32,000 nt of DNA from the sequence record MZ005670.1; one strand, given 5' to 3'. The DNA is from Microbacterium phage Mandalorian. How positions within the stretch are numbered: position 1 is the stretch's first letter; each line of letters starts with the position of its first letter. Positions 1-8,193 of this stretch are shown here, in pieces. The notes under the pieces are model-generated. The model ran no database searches. It was not told the origin of the DNA and saw only the letters and a list, made by a program, of their open reading frames with translations. The position numbers and the translations under genes were made by a program.

Positions 1-299
1 CGGCGTCGGAGCAGCTCCCGGGCAGCACCACGCACGCCATGGACGACCTCGTGATCAAGGGCACCGGCCAGGACGACGCCGACCTGATCGCGGGCCTGAA
101 CATCGGCGACGTGGTCTACGTCTGGCGACGCGACGGCATGCCCCACGACACTGCCCCGGCTGCGGGTCAGTTCGTCTGGGTCTGGAAGGTCATCATTACC
201 TCCATCGACCCGCTCGAGGCGAACAACACGTTCGTCGGCATCACTGCCCACATCACCGTCCTGGCACGCTCCAAGACCGCTGTCGCGATCGCAGAGTAA
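1..299 (+). CDS. 5'-truncated tail protein, possibly major tail (tube) subunit C-terminus
   Basis: Frame is open from base 3 (ASEQLPGSTTHAMDDLVIKGTG...), so the ATG at 39 is probably internal; ends TAA at 297-299; lies just before the tail chaperone, where the major tail protein is expected. Confidence 0.6.
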   Translation, partial: ASEQLPGSTTHAMDDLVIKGTGQDDADLIAGLNIGDVVYVWRRDGMPHDTAPAAGQFVWVWKVIITSIDPLEANNTFVGITAHITVLARSKTAVAIAE

Positions 300-332
300 G
301 CCCCGGCCACATCAACGCCCCAAGGAGGCATC

Positions 333-899
333 ATGTCATTTTCAAGCTACGAAGAACTGAAGGCAGCGGTAGACGAGCGCCGCAAGGACATCCTCACCAT
401 CGAGGTTGACCTGGGTGCTCGGTACAGCCAGGACCACGAGGACGCGAAGAAGGAGCTGGCCCAGGCCGAGGCGATCCAGAAGCTGGCAGGTGGCGGGCAG
501 GGGTTCCTGAACGACAACCTGGAGCAGCTCAAGGCTCGTGTGGCCGAGACCAAGCCTGAAGCGAACTCCATCTGGCTGCGCTACGGGCGTCTGCAGTTGG
601 CCGAGTGGTCCATGCTGACCAAGGCCACCGGCCTGACGCCCATCGACCAGTACGAGAAGGTTCTCCCCCAGACGTTCAAGGGCGTCTACGGTGTGGACCC
701 GACCGCCGAGGATGAAGAGGGCAACCTGCTTCACCCGGATGCCGAGCCGCTGACCACGGACGCCCGTGCCGTCAGCAGCCGTAGCGAGGAAACGATCCTG
801 CCTGGGGCCATGCTCCACGTCGTGGTGAACGCCTTCATGACGTGGCAGAACTCGTCGGGTGAGATCTCGATCCGCCCTACGAAATCGGGTCGCGTCTAG
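333..899 (+). CDS. tail assembly chaperone, short (G-like) product
   Basis: 188 aa ORF with RBS AAGGAGG, between tail protein and tape measure gene; overlaps an open -1 frame. Confidence 0.75.
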   Translation: MSFSSYEELKAAVDERRKDILTIEVDLGARYSQDHEDAKKELAQAEAIQKLAGGGQGFLNDNLEQLKARVAETKPEANSIWLRYGRLQLAEWSMLTKATGLTPIDQYEKVLPQTFKGVYGVDPTAEDEEGNLLHPDAEPLTTDARAVSSRSEETILPGAMLHVVVNAFMTWQNSSGEISIRPTKSGRV

Positions 900-1288
900 C
901 GCTTCTGCTAGACCTGGCCCTAGAGTCCGGGCGACCCCCGCTTCGCCTCCTTGACGAGGGAAGCCCGGACTCTTGGCAAGAGATTGACCTTGAGGTCGTC
1001 TCGCAATGGCGTCGGATGAAGGAGGTCAAGTGTTCGGGATGCGGGCGACCGCTGGCCCAGCACTTGCACAACTCAAGATTGGGTCGGGAAGAGACTCCTG
1101 AAGACTACATGGCTTGGTCGCTGGAGTGTCCTGCAATGCAGGCCATCGCCATCGGTCAGGACATGTGGAAGACGGCCAACAAGACCGCCATCGAGTCCCA
1201 CCAGAAGGGCAACGGCCCTGATCCTGGGATGGGCGTCTACTGGCTGAGCCAGGGTGAAGGCGAAGTCCTACCGACCCCCGAAACGTAA
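333..1288 (+). CDS. tail assembly chaperone, frameshifted (G-T-like) product
   Basis: The -1 frame is open from 863 through the 1016-1288 ORF (..YEIGSRLALLLDLALESGRPPLRLLDEGSPDSWQEIDLEVVSQWRRMKEVKCSGCGRPLAQHL..); no gap in coding potential between 899 and 1016. Confidence 0.65.
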
Positions 1289-1316
1289 CACACGACCAGC
1301 TAGGAAGGAGAACAGC

Positions 1317-3728
1317 ATGGCTGACAACGATGTGAAGATCAAGGTCTCCATGGACGGCGACAAGGTCGTCATCAATGGGCTGACCGGCATCGGGGATGCT
1401 GCTGACAAGACCGATTCCAAGCTGGGCGGCATGATCAAGGGAGGGCTGGCCGGTGCCGGTAAGGCACTGGTCGGCTTCTCCGCCGCTGCGGTCGCCGCTG
1501 GCTCGGCGCTGGCCGTGGGCGTCGTGGGTGCATATGCAGCCTACGAGCAGAACATCGGTGGTATCGAGACCCTGTTCGGGAAGTCCGCCGGTAAGATGGA
1601 GCAGTACGCGAACGACGCGTACAAGACTGCGGGCCTGAGCGCCAACGCCTACATGGAGCAGGTCACCAGCTTCAGTGCGTCGCTGCTCCAGGGTCTGGGT
1701 GGCGACACCGAGAAGGCCGCTGATGTGGCCGACAAGGCGATGGTCGACATGAGCGACAACGCCAACAAGTTCGGCAGCAACATCGCGGACGTGCAGAACG
1801 CCTACCAGGGCTTCGCGAAGCAGAACTTCACGATGCTGGACAACCTCAAGCTCGGGTACGGTGGTACTCGGGAAGAGATGGCCCGGCTCATCAACGACTC
1901 GGGTGTCATGGGCGACACCTTCACGGCTACGGCCAGCAACCTCGATGAAGTGTCCTTCGACAAGATCATCGAGGGTATCCACGTTGTCCAGGAGGAAATG
2001 GGCATCGCTGGCACCACGGCCAAGGAAGCCAGCGAGACCATCTCCGGCTCCATCGGCATGCTCAAGGGTTCCTTCGAGAACCTGCTGGTGGGCCTCGGCA
2101 GCACGGATCAGGATGTGGCCGCGCTTGCTGGCAACGTCATCGACTCGCTTGAGACGGTCATCACCAACATCGCCCCGGTCATTGAGAACCTGGGTTCCAA
2201 CATGGCCACACTCGGCCCCAAGCTGGGCACCATGATGGAGAGCCTGGTCGGTGCCGTGTCCAGTGCCATCCCCGCGCTGCTGGATGCAGGCGTCGGCCTC
2301 ATCGGTGGCCTGGTGTCGGGCATCACCAGTGCCCTCCCCTCGCTGATCACCGCTCTGGTGCCTGGCGTCATCGGCCTGGTGCAGAGTCTGGCTGAACTGC
2401 TCCCTGAGCTGATCTCGGCCGGTGCTGAGGCCGTAGCTGCGCTGGCTGTCGGCATCGCCGAAGCAGCCCCCACGCTCATCCCTGCCATCATTGAGGGCAT
2501 CCTCGGTATGGTCAACGCCATCATCGAGAACCTGCCTCTGCTGCTGGACGCTGGCCTCCAGCTTGTGATGGGCCTGGCAGACGGCATCCTGGCATCCATC
2601 CCGGTCATCATTGAGATGCTGCCGGTGCTGATCGAGGGCATCGTGGCATTCATCCAGACTGGCGTGCCCATGCTGATTGAAGCTGGCGTCCAGCTCTTCA
2701 CGGCGCTGGTCGGTGCCCTGCCCGACATTATCACCCAGATCGTAGCCGTGCTGCCCCAGATCATCCAGAGCGTCATCGGTGCCGTGGTGGGTGCCGTGCC
2801 CCTGCTGGTGGACGCGGGCATCCAGCTGCTGACGGCCTTGGTGACGGCCCTGCCCGAGATTATCACGACGGTGGTGGCTGCGCTGCCCCAGATCATTGAC
2901 TCGGTCCTGACCGCTGTCTTCGACGCGATCCCGCTGCTCATTGACGCGGGCATCAAGCTCTTCATCTCGCTGATCGAGGCGCTGCCTCAGATCATCAATA
3001 CCATCATCGGCGCAATTCCGCAAATCATCGGCTCGGTGCTGAACGCCCTGACCGGTGCCATCCCTCAGCTGATCATGGCCGGGGTCAAGCTGCTGACAAG
3101 CGTCATCACCAACCTGCCCAGCATCATCGGCACCATCGTGGGAGCCATCCCCCAGATCATCGGCGGCATCGTAGGCGCGCTGGGCAACGGCATCGGCCAG
3201 ATCATCAGCGTCGGTGGCAACATCGTGCGCGGTCTGTGGGACGGTATCTCCGGCGCGGCTGGCTGGCTCTTCAACAAGATCGGCGGATTCGTCAACGACG
3301 TGATGGGCAACATCGGCAGCTTCTTCGGCATTGCCAGCCCGTCTAAGCGCATGCGCGACGAGATCGGTGCCTTCCTCCCGTCCGGTATCGGTGTGGGTGT
3401 GGAGCGCCACGAGGCCGACGCTATCCAGCCCATCACCGACCTGAACAAGAAGGTCATGAAGGAAGCCCAGCAGCTTCCCACCCTTGGGTTCGACCAGCAG
3501 GTCACGCAGACGCTGACCCAGCAGATCATCCCGACCCAGGTGCCCATGCAGCCGTCGTCCACCCCGGTCGGCCTGGGTGCAGCAGCGCCTCAGCAGGTCA
3601 CCATCTCCGGTCCGCTGGTCAGTGTGGCCGAGATGTCAGTTCGCGATGACCGGGACATCCGGGCGCTTTCCACCCAGCTCAAGACGGACATGACGCGCGA
3701 GCTGCGAGCACAAGGAGTGATGTCATGA
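1317..3728 (+). CDS. tape measure protein (803 aa)
   Basis: Long ORF with RBS AGGAAGGAG upstream of ATG 1317; Ala/Gly-rich N-terminus, repeated LPxII/LIDAGIxL hydrophobic repeats, C-terminal FFGIASPSKRMRDEIGAFLPSGIGVGVE motif typical of tape measure proteins. Confidence 0.9.
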   Translation: MADNDVKIKVSMDGDKVVINGLTGIGDAADKTDSKLGGMIKGGLAGAGKALVGFSAAAVAAGSALAVGVVGAYAAYEQNIGGIETLFGKSAGKMEQYANDAYKTAGLSANAYMEQVTSFSASLLQGLGGDTEKAADVADKAMVDMSDNANKFGSNIADVQNAYQGFAKQNFTMLDNLKLGYGGTREEMARLINDSGVMGDTFTATASNLDEVSFDKIIEGIHVVQEEMGIAGTTAKEASETISGSIGMLKGSFENLLVGLGSTDQDVAALAGNVIDSLETVITNIAPVIENLGSNMATLGPKLGTMMESLVGAVSSAIPALLDAGVGLIGGLVSGITSALPSLITALVPGVIGLVQSLAELLPELISAGAEAVAALAVGIAEAAPTLIPAIIEGILGMVNAIIENLPLLLDAGLQLVMGLADGILASIPVIIEMLPVLIEGIVAFIQTGVPMLIEAGVQLFTALVGALPDIITQIVAVLPQIIQSVIGAVVGAVPLLVDAGIQLLTALVTALPEIITTVVAALPQIIDSVLTAVFDAIPLLIDAGIKLFISLIEALPQIINTIIGAIPQIIGSVLNALTGAIPQLIMAGVKLLTSVITNLPSIIGTIVGAIPQIIGGIVGALGNGIGQIISVGGNIVRGLWDGISGAAGWLFNKIGGFVNDVMGNIGSFFGIASPSKRMRDEIGAFLPSGIGVGVERHEADAIQPITDLNKKVMKEAQQLPTLGFDQQVTQTLTQQIIPTQVPMQPSSTPVGLGAAAPQQVTISGPLVSVAEMSVRDDRDIRALSTQLKTDMTRELRAQGVMS

Positions 3729-4498
3729 GCTTCAAGCTTGGTTCGTTCGACACCGACGACGTAGACGGCCTGAAGGCCATCCTGGATGCCTGGCCGATGC
3801 TGCCCGTGGACATGCAGCTGGATCAGCTGCCCGCTGGCGACGGTGCCCTGTACTACCGGACCCGCATGACCGAGACCGAGTGGGAGTTCAACCTGGAGCT
3901 GACCGGCGACGACGTGGAAGACGTGCTGGCCAAGGCCAACGCGCTCTCGGCGGAGCTGAACCCCAAGCTGCACGGGGGTCCCCAGGACTTCACCCCGAAC
4001 GCGATGGACCCGTTCGTGTGGAAGGGCGTCCTGTCGGAGCCGATCACGTGGGAGCGGGATAAGATCGTGTGGTTCTCTCAGTTCGGCATCTGCCGTCTGT
4101 CGGGCACGGCCACCATCACCACGCCCGACCCCTACGGCTACGCCACCGGGGCACCTGTCACCCTGACAGCCCCCGGCACGCTGGCCCTGGTGAGCACTGG
4201 CAACACGTCGTTCTACCCCGTGGTGGAGTTCCGTGGTGTGCTGAACAGCGCCCAGTCGTTCGTCGTGGACGGGGTGCAGGTCTCCGGCCCCCTTACGGCA
4301 GCGCAGACCCTTGTCCTGGACTTCGGGAAGATGGACTTCTACATCAAGACCACTTCGTCGGGTAACAAGGTGCGCAACGTGGCCGACCGGTTCACCAACT
4401 TCCGCCGACTCGAGGGGGTGTCCCTCGACCTGCCCGTCAGCGTCACTGCGGGCACGTTCACCCAGGCCGTAGGCCGTGTCCCGTCCCGGAGGATCTGA
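3725..4498 (+). CDS. distal tail protein (Dit-like)
   Basis: 257 aa, ATGA overlap with tape measure gene; order TMP-Dit-Tal; 'LAKANALSAELNPKLHGGPQDFTPNAMDPFVWKGVLSEP..' style. Confidence 0.65.
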   Translation: MSFKLGSFDTDDVDGLKAILDAWPMLPVDMQLDQLPAGDGALYYRTRMTETEWEFNLELTGDDVEDVLAKANALSAELNPKLHGGPQDFTPNAMDPFVWKGVLSEPITWERDKIVWFSQFGICRLSGTATITTPDPYGYATGAPVTLTAPGTLALVSTGNTSFYPVVEFRGVLNSAQSFVVDGVQVSGPLTAAQTLVLDFGKMDFYIKTTSSGNKVRNVADRFTNFRRLEGVSLDLPVSVTAGTFTQAVGRVPSRRI

Positions 4499-6924
4499 TG
4501 GCCGAGTACAGCCGCGTTACCAGCCGAGGCGACTGGACGGGCGAGTGGGACCCGGATGCCGTCACCCAGCTCCTGCTCCGCATGGACAGCTTCGTCGGCA
4601 ACGAGAACAACCGGCCCACCCCCGACGCGTCCGGCAAGGACCGCACTGCCATCGCCATCAACTACGGTGGAGGCACGAGCGCTGTCGCCGTGGCATCCCG
4701 ATGGGGTACTGCGCTGCGGATGAACGAGGCCGGTGTCTCTGAGAAGACGTCCATCCGTGTGGCCAACGACGGCACCCTGTTCCCGTCTTCGGGCAGCGTC
4801 ATGGTCGGCACCTGGTACAAGGGCAAGCTCGACCGCACCTGGAACCCCGTGCTGACGACCCGTGGTGGTTCCGAGACTCCCCTGTTCCACATCGCCATCA
4901 ACACTTCGGCCAACGGCCCCCAGGTCAACTACCGGTTCTACAGCGCTTCCGGCACCCAGCTCATCAACGAGTGGATGGACACCATCCTCCAGGCTGACGA
5001 GTGGTACTGGATCGGCGCGGTCATGGACCTTACGCTGGGCACCTGGTCTGTCTACACCGTCAGCCTCACCACGGGCACGGTGGAGTCTCGCTCTGGCACT
5101 GCTGCCAACATGAACGCCGCATGCACGGCCAACCTCGAGGTCGGCTATGGCCCGGACCCAGAGTACAGCCGTGCGACCGTCGACGAGACCGTGGTGGTCG
5201 CCCCGTTCGTGGGCAACGCCGGTCAGTGGGCACTGCGCAACCGGCTCGCCAACGGAGCGCTCGAGGCCACCCAGGCAGACACCAACACGGTCTCCGGCCG
5301 CATTGCACCCCGGTCGACGGCTACCCTGCCCGTGGTGGCCCAGACCCGTGCCATGCCGGGACAGTGGGGCAGCGACACCCCTCAGATCACCATCAACGGC
5401 CAGGGCGCGACGGTACGCTACCGCACCAGTGCCAACCTGACCACCTGGTCGGCGTGGAAGAACGCCTCCCAGATCGGCACCGAGCCTAACGCTGCCTGGA
5501 TCCAGTACGAGGTCACCCTCACTGCGACCGACAGCTTCGTGGACGACATCCTCCTGTCGACCGCGCCTCCAGTCACCCCTCCCCTGCCCTCCACACGCGC
5601 CGTCCAGCCGTTCTCCCTGGACCCCCTGCTCGTGGTTCCCACCGGGGGAGGGGTGCTCCTTCAGGACACGCTGCTCAGCTGCGTGACCCGTGACACCGAC
5701 AGCAACGAGTCCACCCTGACGTTCTCGCTGAGCTTGGCCGACAGCAAGGCCACACAGATCGAAGCCGAGATGCCGGTGGTCTTCAAGGGTCGTCACTATG
5801 TGGCCCGAGGCATCACCACGACCAAGTCGCGCAACACGCACGAGGTTGAGGTATACTGCGAGCGCAACTGGTACGACCTGCTGTACGCCGGTCAGATCGA
5901 CGCCCAGACCTGGACCACCACAGCAGCCGGGGCCATGACCTCGCTGCTGGCAGACTCGGGCTGGTACGTGGGCCAGGTGGACCCGACCGAGGTACTCGGC
6001 TGGGAGAACGAGTCCGGCACGGTGCTCGGGGTGCTGAAGCAGATCGCCTCGGTGTACGGTGGCGACCTGGTCTTTGACGACGTCAACAAGTTCGTGCATC
6101 TGCTGAGCCAGGGTGGCCGTGACCGGGGCACCTACTTCAGCTACGAGAAGGGCATCAGCTCCGCTCGGAAGCGTGAAGACACGACCAACCTGGTGACCCG
6201 CATCTACGGGCGCAACGCCGAAGGCCTCACCATCGCCCCGGCGAACAATGGCGTGCCCTACGTGGAGGACTTCACCTGGACCAACGAGGTCCGAGAGAGC
6301 ACCTACGACTTCCGCTCTGGCATGACGCCCCAGGCCATGCTCCGCTTCCTGCAGGCGTTCATCGTCGGCCGGTCCCAGCCCAGCATCAGCTACGAGTACG
6401 AGGTCGCGGGCCTTGTGGATCGTGTGGCCGAGGTAGACCGGTTCGAGGTTCTGGACATCGTCTTCGTGATGGACGAGGACTACGACCAGTCGGTCAAGAG
6501 CCGCGTGGTGCAGCTGGACATCGACTGGGTGGACCTCCGCAAGTCCAAGATCACCCTGTCCAACAAGCTGCGGAGCCTTGCCAGCAGCGACGACAGCACC
6601 GACCCCGGCGCACTGACCACCGGCCAGACCATCGACACGCGAGACATCAACCCCTTCAACCTGCTGGTGAACAGCCGTGGCGATAACGGCATGGCGCACT
6701 GGGCAGGCTCAGGAGTGCAGGTCGTGGAGGGAGGCGCGACTGGCCGGTACAGCTTCGCGTTCGGTGCCAACGGGGGCACGCTGGAGCAGACCGTGGCCAG
6801 CGACAACCGGGAAAACTTTATCTTCAGCGCCCAGGTGGACGCGGACTCCGAGTCGTCGGTCAAGGTGGAGGTCACGTTCCAGTACACCGACGGCACTTCC
6901 GAGACCCAGATTCTGGAGCTGTGA
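4498..6924 (+). CDS. minor tail protein, tail endopeptidase/Tal-like with N-terminal LamG-like domain
   Basis: 808 aa; C-terminal half resembles siphovirus tail proteins (..VYCERNWYDLLYAGQIDAQTW..GGDLVFDD..YSKR-type repeat region..); N-terminal ~250 aa resembles a concanavalin/LamG fold. Confidence 0.65.
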   Translation: MAEYSRVTSRGDWTGEWDPDAVTQLLLRMDSFVGNENNRPTPDASGKDRTAIAINYGGGTSAVAVASRWGTALRMNEAGVSEKTSIRVANDGTLFPSSGSVMVGTWYKGKLDRTWNPVLTTRGGSETPLFHIAINTSANGPQVNYRFYSASGTQLINEWMDTILQADEWYWIGAVMDLTLGTWSVYTVSLTTGTVESRSGTAANMNAACTANLEVGYGPDPEYSRATVDETVVVAPFVGNAGQWALRNRLANGALEATQADTNTVSGRIAPRSTATLPVVAQTRAMPGQWGSDTPQITINGQGATVRYRTSANLTTWSAWKNASQIGTEPNAAWIQYEVTLTATDSFVDDILLSTAPPVTPPLPSTRAVQPFSLDPLLVVPTGGGVLLQDTLLSCVTRDTDSNESTLTFSLSLADSKATQIEAEMPVVFKGRHYVARGITTTKSRNTHEVEVYCERNWYDLLYAGQIDAQTWTTTAAGAMTSLLADSGWYVGQVDPTEVLGWENESGTVLGVLKQIASVYGGDLVFDDVNKFVHLLSQGGRDRGTYFSYEKGISSARKREDTTNLVTRIYGRNAEGLTIAPANNGVPYVEDFTWTNEVRESTYDFRSGMTPQAMLRFLQAFIVGRSQPSISYEYEVAGLVDRVAEVDRFEVLDIVFVMDEDYDQSVKSRVVQLDIDWVDLRKSKITLSNKLRSLASSDDSTDPGALTTGQTIDTRDINPFNLLVNSRGDNGMAHWAGSGVQVVEGGATGRYSFAFGANGGTLEQTVASDNRENFIFSAQVDADSESSVKVEVTFQYTDGTSETQILEL

Positions 6925-6925
6925 C

Positions 6926-7114
6926 ATGCCCGTCCGCCGCGCCACCGTGCGCAACCCCAACAGCTTCAAGCAGACGCTCACCATCAAGGTCAGCGTCCAG
7001 ACTACCGATGCCGACGTGGAGGTCACCGACCTGATCCTCCAGGCTGGCACCGTGGGCACGGGCTGGGTTCCCAACGTGACCGAGATGCCCTGGACCGCTG
7101 GGGTGGTGAGCTGA
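6926..7114 (+). CDS. small tail-region protein
   Basis: ATG 6926 follows the TGA of the upstream gene directly; MPVRRATVRNPNSFKQTLTIKVSVQTTDADVEVTDLILQAG.. 62 aa (track ORF 6677-7114 starts too early). Confidence 0.6.
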   Translation: MPVRRATVRNPNSFKQTLTIKVSVQTTDADVEVTDLILQAGTVGTGWVPNVTEMPWTAGVVS

Positions 7115-7115
7115 C

Positions 7116-7712
7116 ATGGCGTTCATCCGCACGTTCGGCGCTCTCCGCCCGTCCAAGCCGGTGCTCGGCGTGGCCTTGCGCATCACTGCTGAGGACGAGG
7201 CCAAGGTCACCGACATCCAGCTCAACCCCGGCTCGAGCCTGTTCTCGTGGGCACCTATGGTCGGCGACCTGGCCCTGGTGGCAGCGCCCAAGTGGCGCTA
7301 CATCAACGGCATGGTGCAGGCCGACTACGCGACCTGGGTAATGTCTGACGAGGACGTCGCCAGCCCGTACCGTGGCGATCTGTACCCCACGGGTCCGCAG
7401 ACGGTGGAGTGGGGGCTGCTGTACCTCGGCGAGATCAGCAGCCACCAGGTCTTCGACGGCTACGACCACACGACCACGGCCGGAGCTGGGGTTACGCCAC
7501 ACCTGACCGCGCGCCAGGACCAGCGTCTGGACCTGGTGACTGATGGTATCATGTCGGCGATCGTGGCGACCCGTGGTATCCACACCGATCCCGGCAGCAA
7601 CGCCCGCACCGACACGGGCACTGTCACCGAATCCCACGCCGAAGGCTGGTCCGCTGTCTGGGCCTGGCACGAGGACTGGGCAGATGTGCTTACTGATCAT
7701 GGAGGCTGGTAA
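7116..7712 (+). CDS. minor tail protein, unknown function
   Basis: 198 aa ORF tightly packed within tail operon. Confidence 0.65.
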   Translation: MAFIRTFGALRPSKPVLGVALRITAEDEAKVTDIQLNPGSSLFSWAPMVGDLALVAAPKWRYINGMVQADYATWVMSDEDVASPYRGDLYPTGPQTVEWGLLYLGEISSHQVFDGYDHTTTAGAGVTPHLTARQDQRLDLVTDGIMSAIVATRGIHTDPGSNARTDTGTVTESHAEGWSAVWAWHEDWADVLTDHGGW

Positions 7713-8191
7713 TGGCACTGCAGACACCCCCGACCCCGGCCTACGGGCCGAACACGTTCACCAGCCTCGCCGAGCTGGCTAGCATCCTGCTGGCGAACGA
7801 CGAGTACCTGGAAGACAAGATCGACAACATTGCCCCTCCGGCACCGTCGGTCACCAAGGCAGCGATCACGCTGGCTTCAGGGTACTCGAACAATGCGTCG
7901 TACGTGTCGTCCGAGGCCATCAAGATCGGCAACCTGGTCACCCTTGACCTCGGCCTGGTGAACTGCCCCTCCGCCATCGGCGGGAACCAGTATTACACCC
8001 TCGGCACCATGCCAGCAGGCTACCGGCCGACCGGGAAGCACCGGATGGGCGTCGGCATGATCTACGCTGCCACGGTCATGAAGCCCGTGCAGCTCCGCCT
8101 CAACACCGACGGCTCCATCAACTTCCTGTCCGCCGAGTCCGTCTCCGGAGCGAGCTACCTGTTCGCCTCCGCTATCACGTTTGCGATCTGA
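7712..8191 (+). CDS. minor tail protein
   Basis: 159 aa ORF overlapping upstream stop; tail operon context. Confidence 0.6.
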   Translation: MALQTPPTPAYGPNTFTSLAELASILLANDEYLEDKIDNIAPPAPSVTKAAITLASGYSNNASYVSSEAIKIGNLVTLDLGLVNCPSAIGGNQYYTLGTMPAGYRPTGKHRMGVGMIYAATVMKPVQLRLNTDGSINFLSAESVSGASYLFASAITFAI

Positions 8192-8193
8192 TC

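Noticed and set aside
1026-3410. 794-aa minus-strand ORF antisense to the tape measure gene
   Set aside because: Typical high-GC shadow ORF: His/Asp/Gln-rich low-complexity translation, opposite a clear TMP; no RBS or operon fit.
4339-6699. 786-aa minus-strand ORF
   Set aside because: Antisense shadow of the tail protein gene; composition not protein-like.
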